Source of the DNA: an uncultured Alphaproteobacteria bacterium
Lineage (GTDB): Bacteria; Pseudomonadota; Alphaproteobacteria; Rhizobiales; Beijerinckiaceae
NCBI GenBank assembly: GCA_963841875.1
Contig: CAWJEI010000002.1
Coordinates: 91,838 to 155,837, forward strand
Reading direction: 5' to 3'
Length of the DNA: 64,000 nucleotides
The notes below the pieces were generated by a model, which searched no databases, was not told the DNA's origin, and saw nothing but the letters and a program-made list of their open reading frames with translations. Below are positions 50,701 through 60,916 of the stretch, piece by piece. Positions within the stretch are counted from its first letter, which is position 1; the number at the start of each line of letters is the position of its first letter. The translations under genes were made by a program, and so were the position numbers.

Positions 50701-52424
50701 GCGGCCAATTACCGGGCGACAAGGTCGACGCGGTGATCGCCAAGGTGCGCCATTCGACCCCGGGCGTCGGGCTGATCTCGCCGCCTCCGCATCACGACAT
50801 TTACTCAATCGAGGATCTCGCGCAGCTGATCTTCGATTTGAAGAACGTCAATCCGAAAGCCGACGTGTCGGTGAAGCTCGTTTCGGAAGTCGGCGTCGGC
50901 ACGGTCGCCACCGGCGTCTCGAAGGGCAGGGCGGATCACGTGACGATCTCGGGCTTCGAGGGCGGCACGGGCGCTTCGCCCCTGACCTCGATCAAGCACG
51001 CGGGCAGCCCTTGGGAGATCGGCCTCGCGGAGACGCATCAGACGCTCGTGCTCAACAATCTGCGCTCGCGCATCGCCGTGCAGGTCGACGGCGGCCTGCG
51101 CACCGGCCGCGACGTCGTTGTGGGAGCACTGCTCGGCGCCGATGAGTTCGGCTTCGCTACGGCTCCCTTGATCGCCGCTGGCTGCATCATGATGCGCAAG
51201 TGCCATCTCAACACCTGTCCGGTCGGCGTCGCGACGCAGGATCCGGTCCTGCGCACGCGCTTCGTTGGCCTGCCGGAGCACGTTATCAACTATTTCTTCT
51301 TCGTCGCCGAGGAAGTTCGCGAGTTGATGGCCGCGCTCGGCTATCGCAGCTTCGATGAAATGATCGGGCAGACACAGATGCTCGACAAGCAACGCGCCCT
51401 GAATCACTGGAAGGCGCAAGGGCTCGACTTCGCCAAGCTGTTCCACAAGCCGGCGGGTGAGGGTGGAGCCATCCGACACAGCCAGCGCCAGGATCACGGC
51501 CTCGACAAGGTTCTCGACAACAGCCTCATCGCCAAGGCGCGGGCGGCCATCGATCGCGGCGCCAAGGTGACCATCGACACGCCGATCCGCAATGTCGATC
51601 GCACGACCGGCGCCATGCTTTCCGGCGAGATCGCGCGCGTCTACGGACATGTGGGCCTGCCGGAGGACACGATCGACATAAGGGCGTCGGGCACGGCGGG
51701 CCAGAGCTTCGGCTCGTTTCTGGCGCGTGGCGTGACGCTGCGGCTGGAGGGAGAGGCGAACAACTATGTCGGCAAGGGCCTCTCGGGCGGCAAGATCATC
51801 ATCTATCCTTCGCGCGAGGCGAAGAAGATAACGCCGCATCAGTCGATGATCATCGGCAACACCGTGCTTTACGGCGCAATCGCCGGCGAGTGCTACTTCC
51901 GCGGCGTCGCGGGCGAACGCTTCGCCGTGCGCAACTCGGGAGCAATCGCGGTGGTCGAAGGCGTGGGCGACCATGGCTGCGAGTATATGACGGGCGGCGT
52001 GATCGTCGTGCTGGGCCAGACCGGGCGCAACTTCGCCGCCGGCATGTCGGGCGGCATCGCCTATGTGCTGGACGAGGACGACAGCTTCTCGTCGCGCTGC
52101 AACCTTGCGATGGTCGATCTGGAGCCCCTGTCCGAGGAAGAAACCGCGATGACGGAAACCTTCCATCAGTCCGGGGATCTTGAAACCCATGGCCGCGTCG
52201 ACGTCATGGGCGACATGACCCGTTTCGACGTGGAGCGCCTGCGTCAACTGATCAGCAATCACGCGCGATATACCGAGTCCTCAAGAGCGCGCGAGATCCT
52301 GGAGAACTGGGAAGCCTACAAGCCGAAGTTCCGCAAGGTCATGCCCGTGGAATACCGGCGCGCGCTGACCGAGCTTCTGGCCAAGGGCAAGCCCCCGCAA
52401 AAGCTGAAGGCGGCGGGCGAATAG
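47709..52424 (+). CDS. gltB: Glutamate synthase (NADPH) large subunit
   Basis: ~1570 aa with an N-terminal Ntn amidotransferase Cys (CGVGFVANL), FMN/Fe-S central domains and a C-terminal GXGXG-containing domain. Start chosen at the ATG at 47709, which has an SD aagga; the alternative start is 47763. Confidence 0.9.
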   Translation: MALNEEQEHAGPRMGDADMTTIDGRDPLLPKAQGLYDPAKEHDSCGVGFVANLHNAQSHDIVKMGLQILLNLDHRGAVGADPKLGDGCGILVQIPHKFFVEETAKLGIALPDFGQYAIGQFFLPRDADVRAKARAFIEASVTAEGLTLLGWRDLPIDSSDLGDAVRAVEPHHAQLFVGRGPEVTDDADFERRLYLARKTSSNEIYALGPQGREHYSVSFSSRTIVYKGMVLVSQLGEYFIDLKDERFISALALVHQRFATNTFPSWRLAHPYRFVAHNGEINTLRGNLNWMAARQASVASPLFGKDISKLWPISYEGQSDTACFDNALEFLVRGGYSLAHAVMMLIPEAWSGNPLMDEHRKAFYEYHAALMEPWDGPAAMAFTDGRQIGATLDRNGLRPARYLVTEDGLVVMASEMGVLPIPQEKIVTKWRLQPGKMLLVDLEKGRIVSDDEIKSSLTSSHPYREWLARTQIVLEDLKPVEPRATRTDVSLLDRQQAFGYTQEELDLLVFPMAVTGQEAVGSMGTDTPISPLSSKEKLLYTYFKQNFAQVTNPPIDPIREELVMSLVSFIGPRPNILDHDGSAKKKRLEVRQPILTSADLEKIRSIGHIEDSFDTKTLDFTYPAEKGAEGLAKSLQRLCERAEEAVSGRYNIIILSDRMVGPDRVPIPALLATAAVHHHLIRKGLRTSVGLVVETGEAREVHHFACLAGYGAEAINPYLVFETLAGSVEHFPDDVNADTAIKRYIKAVDKGLLKVMSKMGISTYQSYCGGQMFDAVGLSQAFVDQYFAGTTTRVEGVGLDEIARETVRRHRLAFGDAPVYRDALDVGGDYAYRIRGEAHSWTPQTISLLQHAVRGNAREQYRAFAKILNEQDENLLNLRGLFRIKNADEDGRKPVPLEEVEAAKDIVKRFATGAMSYGSISREAHTTLAIAMNRIGGKSNTGEGGEEPDRFKPEPNGDSRRSAIKQVASGRFGVTTEYLVNADMIQIKMAQGAKPGEGGQLPGDKVDAVIAKVRHSTPGVGLISPPPHHDIYSIEDLAQLIFDLKNVNPKADVSVKLVSEVGVGTVATGVSKGRADHVTISGFEGGTGASPLTSIKHAGSPWEIGLAETHQTLVLNNLRSRIAVQVDGGLRTGRDVVVGALLGADEFGFATAPLIAAGCIMMRKCHLNTCPVGVATQDPVLRTRFVGLPEHVINYFFFVAEEVRELMAALGYRSFDEMIGQTQMLDKQRALNHWKAQGLDFAKLFHKPAGEGGAIRHSQRQDHGLDKVLDNSLIAKARAAIDRGAKVTIDTPIRNVDRTTGAMLSGEIARVYGHVGLPEDTIDIRASGTAGQSFGSFLARGVTLRLEGEANNYVGKGLSGGKIIIYPSREAKKITPHQSMIIGNTVLYGAIAGECYFRGVAGERFAVRNSGAIAVVEGVGDHGCEYMTGGVIVVLGQTGRNFAAGMSGGIAYVLDEDDSFSSRCNLAMVDLEPLSEEETAMTETFHQSGDLETHGRVDVMGDMTRFDVERLRQLISNHARYTESSRAREILENWEAYKPKFRKVMPVEYRRALTELLAKGKPPQKLKAAGE

Positions 52425-52579
52425 CACGACATTCGCGCCGCGGCTCCTGTTGCGGCGCATCCATAAATCTGCGCGCAGAATGGCGAACGCCGCCGGTTTT
52501 GCGCCGCGCGGAATTTGTTTATAAGCCCGGATCGTCGTTAGCGCGTCGAACATGGGCGAACCGGTGAGCAGCGAGCGCC

Positions 52580-53998
52580 ATGGGCAAGGTTACGGGTTTT
52601 ATTGAGATCGACCGGCAGGACCGCAAATACAAGCCTGCGGCTGATCGCATCCGGCACTACAACGAGTTCGTGATTCCTCTGTCCGAGGAAGCGACGCGCA
52701 ATCAGGCGGCGCGCTGCATGAATTGCGGCATCCCGTTCTGTCACAACGGCTGTCCGGTCAACAACCAGATCCCCGACTGGAACAACCTCGTCTATGAGGG
52801 CGACTGGAAGCGCGCGCTCGCCAATCTTCACTCGACCAACAACTTCCCTGAATTCACCGGCCGCATTTGTCCAGCGCCCTGCGAGGCCTCCTGCACGCTT
52901 AATCTCAACGACCAGCCGGTGACGATCAAGTCGATTGAATGCGCGATCATTGACCGCGGATTTAAGGAGGGCTGGGTCGTTCCGGAGCCACCGCGCCGCA
53001 AGACCGACAAGCTGATAGCCATCGTGGGCTCCGGCCCCGCCGGGATGGCGGCGGCGCAGCAACTCGGCCGCGCCGGCCACCGTGTGCATCTTTACGAGAA
53101 GAACGCAAAGGCCGGCGGCCTTTTGCGATATGGCATTCCCGACTTCAAGATGGAGAAGCGTCATATCGACCGTCGCGTCGAGCAGATGGAGGCCGAAGGC
53201 GTCGTCTTCCACTACAATGTGAATGTCGGGGTCGATTTGAGCGTCGAGGAGCTGACTTCGGCCTACGATGCGGTGTTGCTTGCGGGCGGCGCCGAGGCGC
53301 CGCGCGACCTTCCCATTCCCGGCCGCGAGCTCAATGGCGTGCATTTCGCCATGGATTTTCTGCCGCAGCAGAACCGGCGCGTTTCCGGGGAACCGATAAC
53401 CACCAATGCGCCGATCTTCGCGTCAGGGAAGAATGTCGTGGTGATCGGCGGCGGCGACACCGGTTCCGACTGCATCGGCACCTCGCGTCGACATGGCGCG
53501 CTGTCGATCACGCAGCTGGAAATCATGTCGAAGCCGCCGGAGAAAGAGGACAAGCTCCGCACCTGGCCGGATTGGCCGTTGAAGCTGCGCACTTCGTCTT
53601 CTCACGAGGAAGGCGCGACGCGGGATTTCGCAGTGAGGACCCTGGAGTTCACTGGGGTCGACGGCGCCGTGAAGGAGCTTCGCTGCGTGCGCGTCGACGA
53701 CAAGATGCAGGACATGCCGGGCTCCGAATTTTCGCTCAAGGCCGATCTGGTCCTGCTGGCGATGGGTTTTGTGTCGCCGGTGCGGGAAGGGCTGCTGGAA
53801 AAGCTTGACGTCAAACTGGATCAGCGCGGCAATGTGGCGGCGGACACGCGCACTTATAAATCTTCGCGGGACAAGGTATTCGCCTGTGGCGACATGCGGC
53901 GCGGTCAGTCGCTGGTCGTCTGGGCGATCCGTGAAGGTCGTCAATGCGCGAACGCGGTTGACGAATTTCTAATGGGCGAAACAAATCTGCCAAGGTGA
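52580..53998 (+). CDS. gltD: Glutamate synthase small subunit
   Basis: 472 aa with N-terminal 4Fe-4S Cys clusters ([14 protein letters not shown]) and an FAD/NAD(P)-binding GXGXXG ([12 protein letters not shown]). Confidence 0.9.
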   Translation: MGKVTGFIEIDRQDRKYKPAADRIRHYNEFVIPLSEEATRNQAARCMNCGIPFCHNGCPVNNQIPDWNNLVYEGDWKRALANLHSTNNFPEFTGRICPAPCEASCTLNLNDQPVTIKSIECAIIDRGFKEGWVVPEPPRRKTDKLIAIVGSGPAGMAAAQQLGRAGHRVHLYEKNAKAGGLLRYGIPDFKMEKRHIDRRVEQMEAEGVVFHYNVNVGVDLSVEELTSAYDAVLLAGGAEAPRDLPIPGRELNGVHFAMDFLPQQNRRVSGEPITTNAPIFASGKNVVVIGGGDTGSDCIGTSRRHGALSITQLEIMSKPPEKEDKLRTWPDWPLKLRTSSSHEEGATRDFAVRTLEFTGVDGAVKELRCVRVDDKMQDMPGSEFSLKADLVLLAMGFVSPVREGLLEKLDVKLDQRGNVAADTRTYKSSRDKVFACGDMRRGQSLVVWAIREGRQCANAVDEFLMGETNLPR

Positions 53999-54033
53999 GG
54001 AAACATGCCGACTAATGGCGCTGAAAACTGGTA

Positions 54034-54243
54034 ATGTGAGCATATTGTCGGCGGTCCGTGGTCGTTCGCAATTCTGATAATTCCGCTTGTCGGCGCCTAT
54101 TACTATGGGCGCGGGAAGCATAAGCTCGGTTGGATACTCATCGGTCTGTGGCTGCCGCTCCAGATTGGCGTGTCCTATGTCAACAATCTGGTCGTTGACT
54201 GCCCGCAGCTTGACGCGCCGATCTCCACGGAGATGCAGCAATA
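54034..54243 (+). CDS. Possible small membrane protein gene downstream of gltD (start unresolved)
   Basis: Open frame encoding ...HIVGGPWSFAILIIPLVGAYYYGRGKHKLGWILIGLWLPLQIGVSYVNNLVVDCPQLDAPISTEMQQ* (two TM helices), ending just before a strong terminator. No in-frame canonical start, so it possibly carries another 1-nt indel near 54034-54040. Confidence 0.25.
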
Positions 54244-54248
54244 AAATT

Positions 54249-54278
54249 GGCCCCGGAGAAATCCGGGGCCTTTTCGCT
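54249..54278. terminator. Rho-independent terminator (ggccccgg-agaaat-ccggggcc + ttttcgcttt)
   Basis: Perfect 8-bp GC stem with a 6-nt loop and a T-rich tail. Lies between the gltD/small-ORF unit and the convergent L,D-transpeptidase gene. Confidence 0.6.
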
Positions 54279-54310
54279 TTCCCTGTGCGGGAACTGCGCC
54301 CCGCGCAAGG

Positions 54311-54925
54311 TCAGAGCACCACCACCGTAGCTCCGACCCTCACGCGGGTGAAAAGATCGGTCACATCCTCGTTCAGCATCCTGATGCAGCCCGAGGACAC
54401 GGCCTGTCCAATGCTCCAGGGTTCATTGGAGCCGTGAATGCGAAATCCCGTGTCGCCCTTGCCGGAATAAAGATACATCGCGCGCGCGCCGAGCGGATTG
54501 TCCGCGCCGCCTGCCATATAGCGCGGAAGGTCAGGGCGGCGCTTCAACATCGCCGCCGGGGGCGTCCAGGACGGCCAGGCTTCCTTGCGCCCGATGTGCG
54601 TGCGTCCATGCCACGCGAAGCCTTCGCGCCCTACGCCCACGCCATAGCGCCAGGCCGTGCCGCCCGGCATCGACAGATAGAGATATCGCTCTTTGGTATC
54701 CACGGTGATCGTGCCGGGGCGCTCATGCGTCGGGTCTTCGACGAGCACCCGCGTTGTTTCCGGATATTCTCGTGCGAGGCTTGTGTCCTGCGCGGACGCA
54801 TTGGGCTCGGCGGCAGGAGCCTGATCGTCGAAGAAAGCGAGGAAGGAACGCTCGTCGGCGCGGACCGGAGTCGAAACCGCGAAGGCGCCGACCAGGGCAA
54901 AAGCCAAAGCACTGAACAAACGCAT
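54311..54925 (-). CDS. L,D-transpeptidase (YkuD domain)
   Basis: Signal peptide followed by a catalytic YkuD motif ...HGSNEPWSIGQAVSSGCIRMLNEDVTDLF. Confidence 0.8.
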   Translation of the reverse strand: MRLFSALAFALVGAFAVSTPVRADERSFLAFFDDQAPAAEPNASAQDTSLAREYPETTRVLVEDPTHERPGTITVDTKERYLYLSMPGGTAWRYGVGVGREGFAWHGRTHIGRKEAWPSWTPPAAMLKRRPDLPRYMAGGADNPLGARAMYLYSGKGDTGFRIHGSNEPWSIGQAVSSGCIRMLNEDVTDLFTRVRVGATVVVL

Positions 54926-55031
54926 ACGCGACCCCTCCGAAATTGTCGCCGCTCCGGCGATTATTTCAAGGGGAATGCGCAGACCCTGCAGTTCGTTCCA
55001 CTTGCGCTCGCGCTATCGCCTTATTTTTGAC

Positions 55032-56408
55032 TTATTCTTTCGCCGGCGCGGGATTCGGCTGCGCGATCGCGGGCCGCGAGAAATCATCCGCACGGCCCGG
55101 TCGGGGAGGCTGGTCGCCTCCTTCCACGAAAACATGCTGCGCCAGGGCGCGCTCAGCCGATGCCGCGGCCTGCGGTCCGCCATGCGCTTTGTCTCGCCGC
55201 GCCAACTCGTCGGAAGCAGGCGCCGGCGCTCCGGCAAGCGGTTGAACCGGCCCGATGGCGGGACGGTCCTGCGGAAGGCTCGGCGCGGCGGGTGGAGGCT
55301 CGCCGGCGGGAGAATGAAATACGATCGGGGCGGCAGGTTGGGCTGGCGCCAATGGTGGCGCGGCGGCGTCGCCCGAAGGCGTCGTGACGGCAGTCGCCGG
55401 CGGCGCTCCTGTGGCGGGCGCCGGCTGTTGGCGGGCGTCATATATGCGCTTGATCTCCCCCTCGACGAAATGCGCGACCTTGCGCGCGCCGGCGCCGGTG
55501 AAATGCACGCCGTCGTCGCTGCGCAACTTGACGGTCTGACCGTTCACATCCGGGCCGAAGGCGCTGTATTTGCCCTGATCGTCCGCGAATTTGTCCCAGA
55601 GGTCGATAAACGGGATGCCAGCCGCCGCCGCCCTGGCTCGATAAATCCCGTTTATTTCGGCCATGTCGGCGGAGAAGCGCTCGTTCTTCATCACCGGCAA
55701 GCCGACCCATATGAGCGGGATCTTCTTCTCCTTAAATATTTGGATGATCGCGTCGATGCGTCCCGCATAGGCCTCCCGCCAGCGTGGAGACAAAGGCTCC
55801 AGCGTCTGGCCGCCCTCGTTGAGCGCCTGACGGTCGTTGCTGCCGATCATCATGACAGCGACGTCGAGCTTTTGCTGCCCGGTGGCGATCTCGCCCGCAG
55901 CCTTGCTCCAGTCGTAATAGTCCTTTCGCACCAGACCGGAGCTTTCCTTGCCCTTGTGCAGGATTCCGATCTGCGGCGTATCCTCGAACGCTTCGTCCAG
56001 CCCGTCGGCGAGTATCTGGCCGAGCGTGTCTCCAGTCACGGCGACGAAGAAATCCGCAGGCGTTGGCGGCTGCTCCGGCGCAGCCGTTTCCTCCGGCGCG
56101 TTCCCTCGGCGCGGTGTCCTGACGGGGCGCGCGACGCGCGGGGCATGAGACTCGCTATACGGCGCGACGCGGCGTTCGGGGACATGTTGGCGTGGCCGGC
56201 GGTATTCAGGGGAGCGCTGAATGATGTGGCGCGAACTGCCGCCGCCAAAAATCCCGCCGAAGAAATCCGAAATTATGTCCTGCGCCCGCGCGGCGTCAGG
56301 CGTCGTGCAAACGATCGCCGCAAGCAGCATCGCTGCGGCCCGCAGACAGCGGAGACGGGGCATTGCGGAGATTATGCTCATTGATGAATTATAGCCTACC
56401 GGAGCCAT
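55032..56408 (-). CDS. Secreted SGNH/GDSL-family hydrolase with Pro/Ala-rich C-terminal region
   Basis: Signal peptide (likely true start MSIISAMPRL... at 56381). The SGNH-fold core has block-I Ser (VTGDTLG) and ...DGVHFT... (catalytic Asp/His). The C-terminus is Pro/Ala-rich. Confidence 0.65.
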   Translation of the reverse strand: MAPVGYNSSMSIISAMPRLRCLRAAAMLLAAIVCTTPDAARAQDIISDFFGGIFGGGSSRHIIQRSPEYRRPRQHVPERRVAPYSESHAPRVARPVRTPRRGNAPEETAAPEQPPTPADFFVAVTGDTLGQILADGLDEAFEDTPQIGILHKGKESSGLVRKDYYDWSKAAGEIATGQQKLDVAVMMIGSNDRQALNEGGQTLEPLSPRWREAYAGRIDAIIQIFKEKKIPLIWVGLPVMKNERFSADMAEINGIYRARAAAAGIPFIDLWDKFADDQGKYSAFGPDVNGQTVKLRSDDGVHFTGAGARKVAHFVEGEIKRIYDARQQPAPATGAPPATAVTTPSGDAAAPPLAPAQPAAPIVFHSPAGEPPPAAPSLPQDRPAIGPVQPLAGAPAPASDELARRDKAHGGPQAAASAERALAQHVFVEGGDQPPRPGRADDFSRPAIAQPNPAPAKE

Positions 56409-56480
56409 TTCGTAAAAACACGCTCTTGACGCCGGCGCACGCCATGGCGTCTTTCTGCGGTCCGGGGCCGCAGCAGGAGG

Positions 56481-56944
56481 TGAGCATGAGTTGAGGCGCA
56501 GTTTTCAAGGTCGCTGTTGCGCTCGCCGGCCTGTTTGGCGCTGTCGCCGCCGCCAGGGAGCCTGGCCTGGAGGACACGCCGCCGGCTGAGGCGCGCACCA
56601 TTCCCTATCTCGGCCTCGTTCCGGCCTGCGATGACGAGTTCGTGCTCTGGAAGCTCCAGCGCGAATTTGAAGGCCGGGAGAGCGGCTATTGGGGCAGCGG
56701 CCTGGCCATCGTGAATTTCACCGAGGCGCGGGAGCTTGGCTATCGCAGCAAAGGCGCGAGCTATATCCCGCGCCGCTATTGCCGGGCGACGGCGACGCTC
56801 AATGACGGCCGCGAACGCGCGGTAAATTACGAGATTGCGGAAGCGCTCGGCTTCATCGGCATCGACTTTGGCCTCACCTGGTGCGTAACCGGCCTTGACC
56901 GCAATCACGCCTTTTCGCCCGACTGCAAGGCGGCCGGCCCTTGA
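56481..56944 (+). CDS. Hypothetical small secreted protein (N-terminus needs a +1 frame correction near 56489-56500)
   Basis: Frame of ORF 56642-56944 is open back to 56484: ...AVFKVAVALAGLFGAVAAAREPGLEDTPP… (a signal-peptide-like segment). A TTG at 56481 with a 1-nt skip in 'gtttt' yields MRRSF|KVAVALAGLFGAVAAA. Composition (W, Y, C, N) looks genuine. The overlapping minus-strand ORF 56396-56908 is Arg/Ala-rich and was rejected. Confidence 0.4.
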
Positions 56945-56965
56945 AGCTGATCTGGAGCTGATTTC

Positions 56966-57724
56966 ATGACGATGCGTTTTTTACGCGGCGTTGCGCTGCT
57001 CGCGGCGCTCTTTTCCGCGACGCCTGTCCTTGCGCTGGACAATGGCTGCCTGCTCGACCATTGCGAGGACAAGGCGCCTCCCACGGCCGCAGCTCCTCCT
57101 TCAGACGCTGCGCCGACACAGCGCATGACGCGGCCGCGCTTTGGGCCTTCGGCTTCCGCCAGCGGGGAGTTTGATTTCTATGTGCTGGCGCTGTCCTGGT
57201 CGCCGGGCTTTTGCGAGTTGAGCGGCGGCGGCAGGTCGCAATGCGAACCGGGAGCAAGACTCGGCTTCGTCGTTCATGGGCTATGGCCGCAATATGAGCA
57301 CGGTTTCCCGAGCAATTGCGGCGGCTCGCCGACGGTTTCTCGCATGGCTCTGGACCGTGCGAAGGGCGTCTATCCCGACGATGGGCTAGCGCGCTACGAA
57401 TGGCGCAAGCATGGAACCTGCACCGGGCTCAGCCCCGGCGATTATTTTGATTCCGTCGCCAGAGCGAAAAGCCTTGTGACGATCCCGCAGAATTTCCAGA
57501 ATTTCTCCGCCGACCAGACATTCGCCACGCAGGACGTCGAGCGCGCCTTCATCGAGGCCAATCCGCGCTTGCGGCCCGGCATGATGAGCGTCGGCTGCCA
57601 GCGCGGGCTGCTGCAGGAGGTTCGGATTTGCGTCACAAAGGATTTGCGCGATTTCCGCGCTTGCCCGGAGGTGGCGCGCGGCGGCTGCCACTCCCGCGAA
57701 ATCCGCGCGACCGCGCCTTATTGA
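56966..57724 (+). CDS. Ribonuclease T2 family (periplasmic)
   Basis: Signal peptide plus RNase T2 CAS motifs (FVVHGLWPQ, ...EWRKHGTC...). Confidence 0.85.
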   Translation: MTMRFLRGVALLAALFSATPVLALDNGCLLDHCEDKAPPTAAAPPSDAAPTQRMTRPRFGPSASASGEFDFYVLALSWSPGFCELSGGGRSQCEPGARLGFVVHGLWPQYEHGFPSNCGGSPTVSRMALDRAKGVYPDDGLARYEWRKHGTCTGLSPGDYFDSVARAKSLVTIPQNFQNFSADQTFATQDVERAFIEANPRLRPGMMSVGCQRGLLQEVRICVTKDLRDFRACPEVARGGCHSREIRATAPY

Positions 57725-57734
57725 CCTTCGCGTC

Positions 57735-58578
57735 GTGAATTACCGCCACGCCTTTCACGCCGGCAATTTCGCGGACGTGTTCAAGCATGCGCTGCTGGCG
57801 CGGCTGCTCATCTATCTTGCGCGCAAGGAGACTCCCTTTCGCGTGATCGACACGCATGCGGGCGAGGGCGCTTACGACCTCGCCAGCGACGAGGCGGAGC
57901 GCACCGGAGAATGGCGCGGCGGCGTCGGGCGGCTTGGCGGCTTGGCGGGAATGGACCCACGGCAAGCCGAGCTGCTGAAGCCCTATCTCGATTGCGTGGG
58001 GCCCTTCGTTGACGGGCGCCCCGCGCTCTATCCCGGCTCGCCGCTGTTGACGCAAAGGCTCATGCGCGCCAACGACCGCGCGATCTTATGCGAGTTGCGG
58101 GAGGACGCCTTTGACGCGCTGAGGCGGCGATTTGCCCACGACAAGCGCATCAAGACACTCCATCTCGACGGCTATACCGGCGCCGGCGCCTTCGTGCCGC
58201 CCGTCGAGCGGCGCGGACTTGTCCTGATTGATCCGCCGTTCGAGCGCACTGACGAGTTTCGCGCGATGTTCGACGCTTTTCTCGCCGCCTATCGCAAATG
58301 GCCGACCGGGATCTACGCGCTGTGGCATCCGGTCAAGGACGCCGCGCAGGCGAGGAGCTTTTTCGAAGCCTTTCGCCGCGAAGGGCTGCGGCGGGTATTG
58401 CGTCTTGAGCTATCCGTCGGCGGGAGCCGGCGAGCGCCTGAATCGCACCGGCCTCGTCGTGGTCAATCCGCCCTTCGTCTTCGAGGAAGAGGCGCGCGCG
58501 CTGCTGCCATTCCTGACCGAGCGCATGGCGCAGGGTCAGGGCGCGGGCTTTGTGGTGGAGGAACTGGCGGGGGAGTGA
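57735..58578 (+). CDS. rlmJ: 23S rRNA (adenine2030-N6)-methyltransferase RlmJ, with an apparent +1 frameshift near 58415-58430
   Basis: N-terminus MNYRHAFHAGNFADVFKH (RlmJ signature) and DPPF motif (LVLIDPPFE). The C-terminal ~50 aa (...LNRTGLVVVNPPFVFEEEARALLPFL...) is in the +1 frame of ORF 58228-58578. Confidence 0.8.
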
Positions 58579-58690
58579 GAATGGGATGCTTGCAGTTGCG
58601 ATATTTGGATTGAAGTGTCAATGTAGCAGTTGATGGTATTGCGACCTTGAATGTTAAGTTTCCCTCTCAAGTAAATGGCGAGAGTAGAAG

Positions 58691-59859
58691 ATGGTTGACG
58701 GCACTGATTGGTTTGACGACTACGCTGAAGATAGCGATGAAATTGATATTGATGAATATGAGATCACGGCCACACCAAATGATTTTAATGTCCTGACATT
58801 GTTTAGTTTCGTGGAGTTCTGGAGCTGTAAGAATCCCAGGATTCCAGAGGAACTTTGTTTGGGACCACGTGCGAGCTTCAAAGCTCATAGAATCGTTAAT
58901 TCTTGGTATTCCAGTGCCTCAGCTCTTTCTCTATGAGCAGGCGAGAAATAAGTTTTTGGTAATTGATGGCCAGCAGAGACTAATGTCCATATACTATTTT
59001 ATCAAAAAGAGATTCCCGAAGCGAGAGCGCCGTGTAGAGTTGAGGGCGCTTTTTGACAAGGAAGGAACAATTCCCGATAAAATACTGTTTGATGATACGT
59101 ATTTTGATGACTTCAAATTGAAACTGACGGAAAATTTACCGAATAGGAAAAATAAATTTTATGGATTGAATTATGCAACTCTTGGAGAGTACAAAACACA
59201 GCTTGATCTGCGTCCTATTCGTAACGTTGTGGTAAAACAGAACAGTCCATCTGACGACGATTCATCAATGTACGAGGTCTTTAATAGGCTTAATACGGGC
59301 GGTGTTAATTTACGACCCCAAGAAATTCGGTACTAGCATGTACCATTCTAGTTTCTATGATATGCTGTATAGAGTGAATTTAAATAAAAGATGGCGGGAG
59401 CTAACAAATTCTAGTGATCCTGATATCCATATGAAAGATATTGAGGTTTTGCTTCGCGGTCTCGCGATGCTGATAACCGGGGATAGTTATTCTCCTTCTT
59501 TGGTTCGATTTCTAAACCAGTTTTCGAAAAAGTGCGAAAATCACAATGCGGAAAAAAACAGGTACTTGGAAGGATTGTTTAACTCCTTTTTTAACGCCTG
59601 CTCAAATCTTCCACGTGATGTTTTTATAAATGCGAAAAATAATCGTTTTAATATTGCTCTATTTGAGGCCGTTTTCACTGCCTCGTGTTCTGTAGCATTT
59701 AAGGAATTGCGACCTGTTAAAGGGAAGGTCTCTCTGCAGAAAGTAAAATCTCTTGAGGTAGATAAGAGTTTTGTCGCCGCAGCGACTCAAGGCACAACTC
59801 GAACCATAAACGTAACACAACGCCTAGAGAGGGCAAAAAAGTTGGTTAACCCATTGTAG
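58691..59859 (+). CDS. DUF262 (ParB/Srx-like nuclease, GmrSD-N-like) protein without DUF1524/HNH domain, with two apparent +1 frameshifts (~58805-58835, ~59328-59336); low-GC islet
   Basis: Three successive frames give ...ITATPNDFNVLTLFSFVE..., then ...SGAVRIPGFQRNFVWDHVRASKLIESLILGIPVPQLFLYEQARNKFLVIDGQQRLMSIYYF... (IPxFQR and DGQQR are the DUF262 signatures), then ...QEIR|TSMYHSSFYDMLYRVNLNKRW... and a helical C-terminal region. No His-Me/DUF1524 domain. Confidence 0.65.
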
Positions 59860-59869
59860 GAGAAGTCGC

Positions 59870-60427
59870 GTGGTGGGGACTGTCGTTGACAATCTATATG
59901 CGGATTTTAGCGCGATTGTTCAGATACTCGACGCAAGCTCCGAGGTTTCATTAAGAAGTTCTGTTGAAGCTAATTTTCGCAAAGCTCTATTATTGTGTGC
60001 GGCAAGCTTCTTCGAGCACAAACTCTCAACAAGTATTTTAGATTTTTGTCACGAATCCTCAAAAGGTAATACATTAATTCCTTCGCTTATTCGCATCAAG
60101 GCTGTTAATAGGCAATATCATACCTGGTTTAGCTGGGAGTCTAGTAATGTTAACCAATTCATTGGCTTGTTTGGAGATGACTTTAAGAAATTCATGAGTG
60201 GATACATCAAGGACAACAATCTTGAAGTCCCAATTAAGGATTTTATGGAGATTGGCAGTAGCAGAAATCGCTTGGTTCATCAAGATTTTGGAAGTTTTAC
60301 ACTCGAAAAAACGTCATCTGAAATATATAACACATATGAATCTGCTCTATTATTTGTTGATAGTGTTCCTGTAGCTCTCAGAGCATGCTCTGCGCAGTGT
60401 TTGCAATACGAAGATTTACCTAATTGA
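59870..60427 (+). CDS. HEPN-like protein (R-x4-H motif), partner of the DUF262 gene; low-GC
   Basis: 185-aa mostly helical protein with ...GSSRNRLVHQDFG... (Rx4H, HEPN-type RNase motif). Own GTG start at 59870 preceded by a strong SD (gtAGGAGAagtcgcGTG). In-frame stops upstream prove it is a separate gene. HEPN assignment is by motif only. Confidence 0.45.
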   Translation: MVGTVVDNLYADFSAIVQILDASSEVSLRSSVEANFRKALLLCAASFFEHKLSTSILDFCHESSKGNTLIPSLIRIKAVNRQYHTWFSWESSNVNQFIGLFGDDFKKFMSGYIKDNNLEVPIKDFMEIGSSRNRLVHQDFGSFTLEKTSSEIYNTYESALLFVDSVPVALRACSAQCLQYEDLPN

Positions 60428-60532
60428 GCCTAGCCCTCCCACCATGCTCCGTTGCGGCAATCTCTACACCAAGGCTTTGGCTCGTCTTCTGGTGACCCTG
60501 ATGCATGCAAGGCGTTTATCACGCCAAAGTGG

Positions 60533-60739
60533 TCACAGCCCGTGCCGGGGCTGGAACACCCAATAGATAAGCCCGACCAGAGCGCAGGCTCCTCCAAGCC
60601 AGAAAACCACATTGCCCGTGTATTCGTCCCTCATGTTGACGCCATAAAGGCTGATCACGAGCCCGATGATCGTCGCGTAAAGAGGCTTCTGATTGCGTTC
60701 GGGCTGCTGCGGCTTTTTCGCGCCCATTTCCATTGGCAT
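60533..60739 (-). CDS. Hypothetical small single-TM protein
   Basis: 68-aa ORF (MPMEMGAKKPQQPERNQKPLYATIIGLVISLYGVNMRDEYTGNVVFWLGGACALVGLIYWVFQ...) at the right edge of the low-GC islet. Weak evidence. Confidence 0.3.
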   Translation of the reverse strand: MPMEMGAKKPQQPERNQKPLYATIIGLVISLYGVNMRDEYTGNVVFWLGGACALVGLIYWVFQPRHGL

Positions 60740-60916
60740 GGCTTGCTCACTCTCGTTTCAGCTGATCGGCTGTCAGCGACGGCCCTGCCGCAAAGTTAGC
60801 GCATCGGCGGCGCAGCGCCAGTGGGGCGCCCCGATTGGCAAGTTTTCCTGCGGGCGGCCGCGCCTTTCGCTATAAGCGCCATTCGGATTTCCCCGGCTCT
60901 TAAGGACGCCCCGCCC

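Noticed and set aside
48501-52262. 735-aa and 485-aa minus-strand ORFs
   Set aside because: Both lie antisense within gltB, whose plus-strand reading is unambiguous.
56396-56908. 170-aa minus-strand ORF
   Set aside because: Arg/Ala-rich. The plus strand encodes a signal-peptide protein with better composition (see feature 56481-56944).
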